Virus record (IMG/VR): IMGVR_UViG_3300045988_155859
Source: a virus
Taxonomy: Duplodnaviria > Heunggongvirae > Uroviricota > Caudoviricetes
Strand: one strand, 5' to 3'
Length of the DNA stretch: 48,404 bases
Shown: in pieces, positions 1 to 7,287 of the stretch
Position numbering within the stretch: the first letter of the stretch is position 1
Layout: the number at the start of each line of letters is the position of its first letter
Translations under genes and position numbers: made by a program
The notes under the pieces: generated by a model
What the model was told of the DNA's origin: nothing
The model's input: the letters and a program-made list of their open reading frames with translations, nothing else
The model's database searches: none

Positions 1-55
1 AATCAATAAGTTATACCATAAACGTACGTTTTCGTTCCATTGGCCCTCAAACCCC
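1..55 (-). mobile_element. Tn3-family (gamma-delta/Tn1000-like) terminal inverted repeat, left copy: 35-bp IR at 21-55 plus 20 bp of element interior (1-20)
   Basis: 21-55 is the exact reverse complement of 48350-48384 (GGGGTTTGAGGGCCAATGGAACGAAAACGTACGTT). It carries the GGGG terminus and TGGAACGAAAAC...ACGTT core that I recall from Tn3-family IRs. GGGG end faces the phage DNA; the interior faces the window edge. Confidence 0.75.
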
Positions 56-1057
56 TAGCTTGAGCTGAGGATTCAGGTTTTCGTCAAAGCTGATAAGTGC
101 TCTGGCGTTTCTGAGCAGATCAAGAAGTAAGGCTGATATCACATTTTCCTGAGTCATTGCTGGCAGATTTAGCGCCGCTTTGGTTTTCCCTGTTGCCTTG
201 TCAAACGCCTTGATTAGTTCCTTCCTGTAGTTCGGTTCCGTTAATAGCCGATTATGCTCTGTTGCCGCGCGGATAATCGTTTTTTCCTGGTACAGTCGTT
301 TAGCCAGATCACGCTCGTACTGTGTTTTTAACACGCTGCTGATAGCGTTAAAGGCTTCAATGTAGGCCAGCTTGATATCTTTCACGCTTGGACCGTCGAT
401 GCTCTCCATGAGCAAGGTAAATCCGTCTTTTGTCATGCGATAGATTGTTATTTCGCGGTCGCTTCCTTCCAGCGGTCGTTGCTCTTTAAAGAAGTGACGC
501 GCCGCAGCCGTGCGAGGAATGCGTAGCGCATCGATGGCCATAACGATGGAATTGTTTGTGGTGCTGAATGCTTGGGCAACATCGGCTGAGGTTGTGAGTG
601 GCTCGTTGTTGCACACTTTAATGTAAAACATCGGTTTGGCGTTGAGCGTATCGACAACCTCACGAGCATTGTTTGGCGAGACGGTTACGGTCGCGGCCGT
701 TTGCGCGTTCTGGCTGAAATAGCAGTCTTCCAGCCGTTCGAATACATCCCACGCCTGATCGGTTTCGAGCATTTTGGCGTGACGTGCAGCCCCGCGTTCT
801 GTCCAGAGAATGAGGGAGCGGGCATTTTTACCAACTAACCCGATTGTTTCAGGTCTGTTCTTGAACTCGCGTAATTCGTTTTTTTCAATTTTAAAGTAAT
901 GCTTTCCGGCTATGAATCGCGTCGTGTTGTTCAGAAAGTTATCAGAAATGTTTTTGATTTTTGTTCCGTATAACTGCGCCAGAAGTTCAGTTGTAATAAC
1001 GGGGATCTGGTTATGCAAGATAGGCTGTAGGGTGTTAACGGTCGGAAGCGTTTTCAT
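47..1057 (-). CDS. Phage antirepressor (ORF6N-like N-terminal region, Ant/KilA-C-like C-terminal region); 3' end replaced by transposon IR sequence
   Basis: 336-aa ORF with RBS GGGAGGTG before the ATG and ATGA overlap with the upstream small ORF. The last two codons and TGA stop (47-55) lie inside the inverted repeat, so the native C-terminus is missing. Confidence 0.65.
   Translation of the reverse strand: MKTLPTVNTLQPILHNQIPVITTELLAQLYGTKIKNISDNFLNNTTRFIAGKHYFKIEKNELREFKNRPETIGLVGKNARSLILWTERGAARHAKMLETDQAWDVFERLEDCYFSQNAQTAATVTVSPNNAREVVDTLNAKPMFYIKVCNNEPLTTSADVAQAFSTTNNSIVMAIDALRIPRTAAARHFFKEQRPLEGSDREITIYRMTKDGFTLLMESIDGPSVKDIKLAYIEAFNAISSVLKTQYERDLAKRLYQEKTIIRAATEHNRLLTEPNYRKELIKAFDKATGKTKAALNLPAMTQENVISALLLDLLRNARALISFDENLNPQLKLGV
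56..60. repeat. 5-bp target-site duplication TAGCT (left copy); partner at 48345-48349
   Basis: TAGCT lies immediately outside both IR termini in direct orientation, the 5-bp duplication size expected for Tn3-family insertions. Confidence 0.7.
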
Positions 1058-1245
1058 TTTGCACCTCCCATAACTACTTTGGTTACGAGGGAGATTTTTG
1101 CGTCAGAAACAGCGTTATCGTTGCTGGCGATGCGCATAGCTTCGCGCTCGATGATTTCAGCTAGGCGGAATTTATCGGCGTATGAGGCTTTCTTGAGAAG
1201 GATCTTTACGAGGTTGACGTAATAGTCATGGGGTAAGTTTGTCAT
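1054..1245 (-). CDS. Hypothetical small protein, first gene of the antirepressor operon
   Basis: 63-aa ORF whose stop overlaps the antirepressor ATG (ATGA), suggesting translational coupling. Confidence 0.4.
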   Translation of the reverse strand: MTNLPHDYYVNLVKILLKKASYADKFRLAEIIEREAMRIASNDNAVSDAKISLVTKVVMGGAK

Positions 1246-1410
1246 GGTGATAGTTCCCTTAAAGGTTAAGGATACTCACCACCGTCTGGTTCCAATCATT
1301 GGGTGGTGAGACGTACAGGGTTGGAACTACCGGTCACCATGGAATCCGGCGAGTCTTACGACTCCCCCGCACGCCCCACCATAATTTGGGTGTAGCAGTG
1401 CTTTACGCAT

Positions 1411-1430
1411 AAAAAAACCGCTAACGCGGT
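1411..1430 (-). terminator. Candidate intrinsic terminator (minus strand)
   Basis: Minus-strand hairpin ACCGC-GTTA-GCGGT followed by TTTTTTT; short stem. Confidence 0.35.
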
Positions 1431-1577
1431 ATGCGCCATGATGATTATCGGGGTTCCAATCCCGACCGTAGATTTTGCTACGGCTCGGAAAGTGTCCACC
1501 AATGGCGCATTCATGTCAATACGGCGGGATTTTAACAGAGATAACCACATAGCGTGGGTTTATTGGTAGGCAGAAAC

Positions 1578-1602
1578 AAAAAAACCGCCCTATTGAGGAC
1601 GG
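1578..1602 (-). terminator. Candidate intrinsic terminator (minus strand)
   Basis: Minus-strand hairpin CCGTCC-TCAATA-GGGCGG followed by TTTTTTT. Confidence 0.45.
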
Positions 1603-2001
1603 TTCTTTCGTGCTGATCGGATTCGCGGTCCTTTCAGCATAACGTCGTTGTATAAACAACCACGCAAGCACAAGCAGCAAGTTAATTTTACCCAAAAGGT
1701 AATAATAGTCCACTATTATGCTTCAAAAAATTGTGGTTCTTGTTGTGCCTGCAAACTCACAGATTGTGGGTAGGTTACTGATTTTGTGAAAATAAACGAG
1801 TTTTTTCGTTTAATTTCTTTCCTATTACTAATCTTAAAATAATCGTAAAATACCTGTGGACCTTCCCGCCGATTCGCACCCGGGCACCGACTTTAGGGGA
1901 GGATTCTCCGTTGCCGTACATGCAAGCACAAGCAGCCGTGCTTGCTCTCGCGTTGTTTTCGTCGGTGGGGATGCCGTGAAACGGCCTGTAAGGGCCATAC
2001 A

Positions 2002-2124
2002 ATGAAAAAATACTGTATGTGTATTTTTATCGTTGTTACTGGGGCTTTGTTTACGCCACATGGGGAGGGTTGGAAGATTACTGATAACGCTCTGAATGTG
2101 ACGATAAACATTAGCAGCAAGTAG
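2002..2124 (+). CDS. Candidate small hydrophobic peptide (40 aa)
   Basis: MKKYCMCIFIVVTGALF... hydrophobic N-terminus, with a strong terminator immediately downstream; no recognisable family. Confidence 0.2.
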   Translation: MKKYCMCIFIVVTGALFTPHGEGWKITDNALNVTINISSK

Positions 2125-2129
2125 CGATT

Positions 2130-2153
2130 AGGCCCCTTCGGGGGCCTTTTTTA
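2130..2153 (+). terminator. Intrinsic terminator
   Basis: Perfect hairpin AGGCCCC-TTCG-GGGGCCT followed by TTTTTT. Confidence 0.7.
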
Positions 2154-2373
2154 TGGTTGAATTTAAACGCTGGAGCGCATTAAGCCTTTCAGAACTGCTT
2201 CACGTACCCATTCTGGCCTGGTGGATAGCAGGGCAAATAAGCGACCAGCTTTCAGCCGTTTGAGGTCGGTTAGACGAGTTTTCAGTAACCGTGTATATTG
2301 TTGCTCGGACATAACAAATACCCTTGTTGTGTCGCGACGGCCAACAGTTGGCGCTGGAGGCCGTCACCTTCTC

Positions 2374-2622
2374 TTACTTCTGGTTGTATTGAGCCTTGAG
2401 TAACTCAAAAGATTTTGTCAGCACTTCTTTCAATGACATATCCATTGAGCTGGCGAACGTTTTGTACTCGCGTTTAAATTCAGGGTCGACGTTAAACGCC
2501 ATTTGTGCCCCACCTGATTTGGTTCTGGTTGGCGTTTCAGTCGGGTCGAAAACCTGCGGTTGTTCGATCGATGGCGGTACGCCTTTGCTGTTCTTCTTTG
2601 GTGGTTTTGATGGTCCGGCCAT
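2374..2622 (-). CDS. parG: ParG-like ribbon-helix-helix centromere-binding partition protein
   Basis: 82 aa directly downstream of the ParA-like gene on the same strand. Basic, low-complexity N-terminal tail followed by AFNVDPEFKREYKTFASSMDMSLKEVLTKSFELL, which resembles the RHH region of TP228 ParG as I recall it. Confidence 0.65.
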   Translation of the reverse strand: MAGPSKPPKKNSKGVPPSIEQPQVFDPTETPTRTKSGGAQMAFNVDPEFKREYKTFASSMDMSLKEVLTKSFELLKAQYNQK

Positions 2623-2636
2623 GTGTATCCCCTCTT

Positions 2637-2665
2637 ATATAAATCTATAAAACTATAATTATATA
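2637..2665. repeat. AT-rich TATAAATCTATA-type motif cluster in the parF-parG intergenic region
   Basis: ATATAAATCTATAAAACTATAATTATATA; same motif family as 3341-3444, 7171-7200, 8388-8411, 13563-13600, 14708-14735 and 45995-46025. Confidence 0.6.
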
Positions 2666-3319
2666 TTACGCGGCAGTAGTCAGAGCCTCAAGCTGGTTGA
2701 TAATCCCCTGAATAACGTCGTCTGCCTTTTTGCGTGGCGCAACGTATGAGCATTCAATGAGGCTTAAGCCCTTATCCTGAGCTTTGCTCAGAGCTGGCTT
2801 GTGGGGAATGTACTTATCGACAACAAAGTATGGCGTATTAGCTAGGTACTCTTGGGCTTCAATGTAGTCGGCTTCGTTTTCAGCCGCGCCTGAGAACACC
2901 ATGCAAATTTTCTTGATTGGCACACCCTTTTTAACGATGCCGTGAGCTGTGTTAACGGTGGTTTCTAGGTCATCGGTAGAGAATCTGGTTGGCAAAATAA
3001 CCATATCCAGAAATTCAGAGAGCTTCGGTACTGATTCAGATGCGTAGGCACCGCCATCGACGATAACCAGGTCGTATACTTCTGATTCGATGATTTTCTG
3101 GACTTGTGATGGCGTGCCGCACGGCTGCGCCGCGATTGCAGGTTCGATATTGTTGGCCATTCTGCGTTGTACCCAACGCGTTACCGTTCCGTTAAGCACA
3201 TCCATATCGATCAGGCATACATTCCAGCCGGCCTTTGCATAAGCAACTGCTAAAGCACGGGCAATTGTTGATTTGGTTACGCCGCCTTTTCCGTTGAAAA
3301 TACCTACAGAGATAGTCAT
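2666..3319 (-). CDS. parF: ParF-like small ParA-family partition ATPase
   Basis: Deviant Walker A GKGGVTKST near the N-terminus and a length of about 217 aa. The second ATG (3319) has a GGAG RBS; the ORF track start at 3334 does not. Confidence 0.8.
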   Translation of the reverse strand: MTISVGIFNGKGGVTKSTIARALAVAYAKAGWNVCLIDMDVLNGTVTRWVQRRMANNIEPAIAAQPCGTPSQVQKIIESEVYDLVIVDGGAYASESVPKLSEFLDMVILPTRFSTDDLETTVNTAHGIVKKGVPIKKICMVFSGAAENEADYIEAQEYLANTPYFVVDKYIPHKPALSKAQDKGLSLIECSYVAPRKKADDVIQGIINQLEALTTAA

Positions 3320-3340
3320 TTGTCGAGACTCCATGTGTTT

Positions 3341-3444
3341 GGTTATATAATTCTATAAATCTATATTTATAGAACGAGGTAAGCATAACCAACTTTTTGG
3401 CGGATGAAAAGCGTTTTATATAATTATATAAATCTATAATCATG
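3341..3444. repeat. AT-rich iterated motif cluster upstream of parF (candidate centromere/operator)
   Basis: Two blocks, TATATAATTCTATAAATCTATATTTATAGA and TTTTATATAATTATATAAATCTATAATCA, immediately upstream of the parF start. Confidence 0.55.
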
Positions 3445-3469
3445 TAAGCGGGCGTTAGCCCGCTTTCAG

Positions 3470-3844
3470 TCAGAGGTCAGCTATCGTTGATATCAGTTGA
3501 TTTGCTAGCTGTCGCTGTTTACGTGAGAGGGTGAGAGCAGCTTCTGAGCGGTCGCTAAGAGGGGTGTTTTCATCAAGAATCATGAGGCATACAGAAATAA
3601 TAGCCCTGTTATATGCCATCAATGGCTGGCACAGCTTCGATATCGCTGGCACATCGTATTGTAAGGCCGTTTTGAGGCAGACTTTTTGTTCTGATGCCAG
3701 ATGAAGGATAGATTCTATCCAGTCGATATCTTTCTCATTATCAATGATTTGGCATAACATACACTCAATCGCTATGTTCAACGCTTGGATTTCGATTCCA
3801 GCAGTGATCAGAGTTTCGTTTTTATTGGCTGTATGTAATTCCAT
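3470..3844 (-). CDS. Hypothetical protein
   Basis: 124-aa ORF between the partition cassette and cI; operator-like palindrome in its upstream region. Confidence 0.45.
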   Translation of the reverse strand: MELHTANKNETLITAGIEIQALNIAIECMLCQIIDNEKDIDWIESILHLASEQKVCLKTALQYDVPAISKLCQPLMAYNRAIISVCLMILDENTPLSDRSEAALTLSRKQRQLANQLISTIADL

Positions 3845-3879
3845 GCGTAGCCTCTTTTATACTTTTACATGTTGTCAAA

Positions 3880-3894
3880 ACCACAAAATGTGGT
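3880..3894. promoter_or_regulatory. Operator-like palindrome ACCACAAAATGTGGT
   Basis: Perfect ACCACA-N3-TGTGGT dyad between the cI stop and the next minus-strand gene. Confidence 0.55.
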
Positions 3895-3936
3895 TTTTTT
3901 GAGCGTAGAAATGCACGGCTTTCGCCGTGCTGTGTA

Positions 3937-4593
3937 TCATAACCAGTTGACAACACTAACTACGCGGCCAAGAACTTTATAACGCTTAAATTCCTCGTTA
4001 TTCAGATGCTTAGTGTTCATTTCAGCATCCCTTTCGGTTGACAGCATAACAGCATTGTCACCCGGTATGACTCTACAGTGCCTCAAAACAACCAGGCCAT
4101 TTCTGTCTTCAAGGGCATAGATCCCCTCATGAATCTCTGTATCGTCTGTATTAATCAGGACTTGGGAGCCTGGGGATATTGTTGGTGACATTAACTCATC
4201 GTTGCTCTGGAGAACTGACAGAGACGATGGGTTGATGTTCTTGCTTCGTAGAATCTCCTGTTCTATCGCCAGCACTGGCTTTTCTCCGGCGTGCGATGCT
4301 ATGTCATTTTTTATAGCTACAAGCCCAGGAATAACAGGAGCGTTAGTATTCTGGGGTGGGAACGGGTTATCTGTTAAGCACGCGATATAAGGCGCTGATG
4401 CTTTCAGGGCGTGCGCGATTTTCTTGATGGCAGGTATAGATGGTTGTCTTAATCCGGCCTCATAGTTCTGCAAGGTGCTTAAGCCTATTCCAGTGACTTG
4501 CTGGAGATCTCCGGCAGTCATGCCGGATTGTTTCCGTAGAGTCTGAATGCGCAGACCTATTTCTTTCTTGATGTTCTCGTCGTTGCTTTTCAT
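3937..4593 (-). CDS. cI: CI-like repressor (N-terminal HTH, C-terminal LexA/S24-like domain)
   Basis: 218 aa: N-terminal HTH region (GMTAGDLQQVTGIGLSTLQNYEAG), linker, then a C-terminal domain with conserved Ser and Lys candidates. Divergent from the Cro-like gene across an operator-rich intergenic region. Confidence 0.8.
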   Translation of the reverse strand: MKSNDENIKKEIGLRIQTLRKQSGMTAGDLQQVTGIGLSTLQNYEAGLRQPSIPAIKKIAHALKASAPYIACLTDNPFPPQNTNAPVIPGLVAIKNDIASHAGEKPVLAIEQEILRSKNINPSSLSVLQSNDELMSPTISPGSQVLINTDDTEIHEGIYALEDRNGLVVLRHCRVIPGDNAVMLSTERDAEMNTKHLNNEEFKRYKVLGRVVSVVNWL

Positions 4594-4630
4594 GTCTCAT
4601 CAATCGTGAATGGTGGGTTATTTATACATT

Positions 4631-4645
4631 ACCACATTTAGTGGT
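4631..4645. promoter_or_regulatory. Operator ACCACATTTAGTGGT
   Basis: ACCAC-N5-GTGGT dyad in the cI-cro intergenic region. Confidence 0.6.
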
Positions 4646-4712
4646 TTTCACATGGTAAGACGAGAGGTGGACCACAAATAGAAGGTTATTTTTTGTTTCG
4701 CCCATTGAAAAA

Positions 4713-4727
4713 CTCACGATATGTGGT
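4713..4727. promoter_or_regulatory. Weaker operator-like site CTCACGATATGTGGT
   Basis: Right half-site TGTGGT conserved, left half degenerate. Confidence 0.4.
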
Positions 4728-4734
4728 TTTAATA

Positions 4735-4749
4735 CCACATATCGTGGTT
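4735..4749. promoter_or_regulatory. Operator ACCACATATCGTGGT
   Basis: ACCAC-N5-GTGGT dyad just upstream of the Cro-like gene RBS. Confidence 0.6.
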
Positions 4750-4767
4750 TTAACTGGAGTTCGTTAA

Positions 4768-5262
4768 ATGACCTTTCAGGAGTGGGTTGACGAAAATGGA
4801 GGCCAAATTGGTGTTGCCAGAAAGTTTGGCTTTACGTCATCACTGATTGGTGCCTGGTATCGCTTCGAGAGATTCCCTCGTGCGGATAACCTGACGCTGC
4901 TGGTGGCGTATTCGGAAGGCCGGATTAACGTCCAGCAATGGGCGGCAGATTTTGCCGAACGTCAGCGCCAGCGTAGCGATGGCACATCGGTTCGGCAGAA
5001 CAAGATCAAAGGGAATCTCCCTGTTAACTGCTTATCAAGGCTGAAAGCGGTTTTCTCTGAGCTGGGGATGCCTGCGGAGCGTTGCAATCTACGCGGTCCG
5101 CGATTCATTGCTCGCTGGAAACACTCACATGTAACCGTTTCAGAGGTTCGTGATGCGATTACCGTGCTGGAGCTTAAGAATAAAGATTCCAGCGATATCG
5201 AGCTGATTCATAAGGAGATTAGCAACGCCCGGCGTTCAGCACTTGGGAGGCTTGAGGAATGA
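4768..5262 (+). CDS. Cro-like or other early HTH regulator (164 aa)
   Basis: First rightward gene opposite cI, with GGAG RBS. N-terminal QIGVARKFGFTSSLIGAWYRFERFP resembles Cro/YdaS-type HTH; longer than a canonical Cro. Confidence 0.5.
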   Translation: MTFQEWVDENGGQIGVARKFGFTSSLIGAWYRFERFPRADNLTLLVAYSEGRINVQQWAADFAERQRQRSDGTSVRQNKIKGNLPVNCLSRLKAVFSELGMPAERCNLRGPRFIARWKHSHVTVSEVRDAITVLELKNKDSSDIELIHKEISNARRSALGRLEE

Positions 5263-5774
5263 TGATTCTGGCCTTCTTTGGTGATAATCACCAGATTCAA
5301 TCGCAGGTGGTGCACTACCTTGATCAAACGATTAAAGGATTTGTTATCGATCATATTGATAACGATAGCAAACGTCTATCTGTAGAGCAGAAAATTGGAG
5401 GTGTGCAGCGACTGGTTGCCAGCCGTAACAGACGTGACACCGTAACAGTCGTTACGGGGATTACGGAGGTCATGGAGTACCAGATGTTGCTGCATCGTGG
5501 AGCTGTTTTCTGCGTTCTTCCTGGTATTCTGCCAGCAATTCTTGCTCGTGGTTTTGTCCCTATTGATGAGTCGTTCTTATATGTAACCCCAAGCCGTTCC
5601 CTTCTGGATACGGAGGCGAAGCGTCGCATTTATATGATGCCGGACGAGGCATTTTCTGAATGTTACCGCCGTGAAATGAGGTTGGGTAAACGAGAAGTGT
5701 CTGTTGTTCGTGATGGCAGGTTTTTAAGAAGCCGCACGGTGAAAAGCACCAGAAATGACGGGGGCCATCAATGA
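5259..5774 (+). CDS. Hypothetical protein
   Basis: 171-aa ORF overlapping the neighbouring stop/start codons in the early-right operon. Confidence 0.4.
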   Translation: MMILAFFGDNHQIQSQVVHYLDQTIKGFVIDHIDNDSKRLSVEQKIGGVQRLVASRNRRDTVTVVTGITEVMEYQMLLHRGAVFCVLPGILPAILARGFVPIDESFLYVTPSRSLLDTEAKRRIYMMPDEAFSECYRREMRLGKREVSVVRDGRFLRSRTVKSTRNDGGHQ

Positions 5775-6004
5775 GTAGTTATGTTCGCGGTGCTGCGATG
5801 CATTGCCAGAATCCCCAATTCTGGCGCTTTCTGGTCAGTAAAACAGGGAAGAACGTTTCAAACAGTTCTGAGGCCTCTGTGATTCTGCGTGAGTTTTGCG
5901 GGATCTCATCCCGTAAAGAGCTGGCAAAGAACTACGCGGCCAGAAGCATGTATGTCCAGTTAATCAACGAGTTCAACCTCTTTATCAATGGTAAGGGGCG
6001 CTGA
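5771..6004 (+). CDS. Hypothetical protein
   Basis: 77-aa ORF, overlapping stop/start codons. Confidence 0.35.
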   Translation: MSSYVRGAAMHCQNPQFWRFLVSKTGKNVSNSSEASVILREFCGISSRKELAKNYAARSMYVQLINEFNLFINGKGR

Positions 6005-6408
6005 TGAACGGACGTACACCAACGAAGAAAGAGAAACTTTATATACAAGCGGTGCTCACTCACGTGGGTTGCATAGCTTGCATTATTGATGGCCGTGAAA
6101 TTGAGAATCCAGAGCTGTGGACGGAGCTACATCACGATCCTGATTACGGCAGCGTTGATGAGAATTGCCACTTCCATAGCTTTGGGTTGTGCGCACCACA
6201 TCATCGCGGTGTTGTGCCTGGTGGTGGGCGTGTGCCTCCGCATATTGCCGTTCGTCACCCTCCCCTGAGTAATTGTGCTCGCTTTGTTGAGCGTTATGGC
6301 ACAGATGAATTTTTGTGTGCGCAGACGTGGGAGCTGTTGCCGCAGTCAGTTAAAGACGAAATTGGGTTTGATCTTAGTCTTGGTGAAGTACCAGGGGATA
6401 CCAAATGA
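6004..6408 (+). CDS. Cys/His-rich protein, possibly a zinc-binding nuclease-like nin-region protein
   Basis: CIAC...CHFH...CAPHHRG pattern; family not confidently recognised. Confidence 0.3.
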   Translation: MNGRTPTKKEKLYIQAVLTHVGCIACIIDGREIENPELWTELHHDPDYGSVDENCHFHSFGLCAPHHRGVVPGGGRVPPHIAVRHPPLSNCARFVERYGTDEFLCAQTWELLPQSVKDEIGFDLSLGEVPGDTK

Positions 6409-6737
6409 GATATACCGGCTTTCGCAAACCAGCGACAAGGAAAAGCAAATACGGCAATAAAAAAACGGTTGTCGATGATATCGCTTTTGATAGCAAAAAA
6501 GAGGCTGATTACTACTGCGAACTGAAGCTACTGAGAAAAGCTGGCCGCGTTGTGACGTTTCTTATGCAGGTGCCTTTTCATCTGCCAGGTGGTGTCGTTT
6601 ATAAACTTGATTTCATGGTGTTTTATGACGATGGGACGATTGATTGTGTCGACACTAAAGGTGTGCGAACAGACGTCTACATCATGAAGAAAAAGCAGGT
6701 AGAGGCGCTTTATCCCGTCACGATACGGGAGATCTGA
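6405..6737 (+). CDS. DUF1064-like phage protein
   Basis: N-terminal KYGNKKTVVDDIAFDSKKEADYYCEL matches my recollection of the DUF1064 family. Confidence 0.45.
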   Translation: MRYTGFRKPATRKSKYGNKKTVVDDIAFDSKKEADYYCELKLLRKAGRVVTFLMQVPFHLPGGVVYKLDFMVFYDDGTIDCVDTKGVRTDVYIMKKKQVEALYPVTIREI

Positions 6738-6740
6738 ACA

Positions 6741-7118
6741 GTGAGACGCGATCTGGATAGCTTGTTTGAGCTATGGGCGCTGTGGGTGCGCAATGGCTGC
6801 AACGCCCGTAGCGGTTTCGCGTCGATGTTAGAAATGATGATGGTTACGCGCTGCCAGTTTACCGGAGGGGGCGGCGCACCAAATGACTCACTGGAAACCA
6901 GTATAGAGGGAGCGGTGACGGCCCTCACGGTAGTTGATGAGACTGCGGCGCTGGTTGTCCGAATTGAATACGGGGCGTGGGAGATTCGGGGCCTCGACAT
7001 AAATGCACCGCATATTGATAAAGCCCACGCCCTTTCTCTTAGCCTCAGACAGTATCGCCGGAAGCTGGCAAAAGCCAGGGCGTATGTTGTCGACTATTTG
7101 AAAAAGCGAAGAGAGTAA
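6741..7118 (+). CDS. Possible Q-like antiterminator or late-gene regulator
   Basis: GTG-start 125-aa ORF at the end of the early-right operon, immediately upstream of a repeated promoter/leader cassette (the syntenic position of Q in lambdoid phages); sequence similarity itself is weak. Confidence 0.3.
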   Translation: MRRDLDSLFELWALWVRNGCNARSGFASMLEMMMVTRCQFTGGGGAPNDSLETSIEGAVTALTVVDETAALVVRIEYGAWEIRGLDINAPHIDKAHALSLSLRQYRRKLAKARAYVVDYLKKRRE

Positions 7119-7170
7119 AAGTGTCATTTTGAGCTGTTTTGATGGTGTGTAGACATCGGGAACATCGAAA

Positions 7171-7287
7171 ATCTATAAATATATAATTATAGATTTATAT
7201 AAAAAGTGCTTTACAGGTGGGAAAAAATTTCCTAAGGTTATACCCGAAACCGAGCGATACCCGCCCTGGTTAAACCGGAGAAATCTG
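7171..7287 (+). promoter_or_regulatory. Repeated promoter/5'-leader cassette, copy A
   Basis: ATATAATTATAGATTTATATAAAAAG-GCTTTACAGGTGGGAAAAAATTTCCTAAGGTTATACCCGAAACCGAGCGATACCCGCCCTGGTTAAACCGGAG then ATG; near-identical to 14708-14818 and 45995-46110. Contains TTTACA (candidate -35) and GGAG RBS. Confidence 0.5.

Noticed and set aside
1356-2120. Multiple 60-75-aa ORFs on both strands upstream of the antirepressor operon
   Set aside because: Mutually overlapping, no RBS context, and they span terminator hairpins; only the 2002-2124 peptide was kept at low confidence.
2637-3444. AT-rich repeat clusters as a CRISPR array
   Set aside because: The repeats are short, irregularly spaced, occur in both orientations and are dispersed across the genome; there are no uniform spacers or cas genes.
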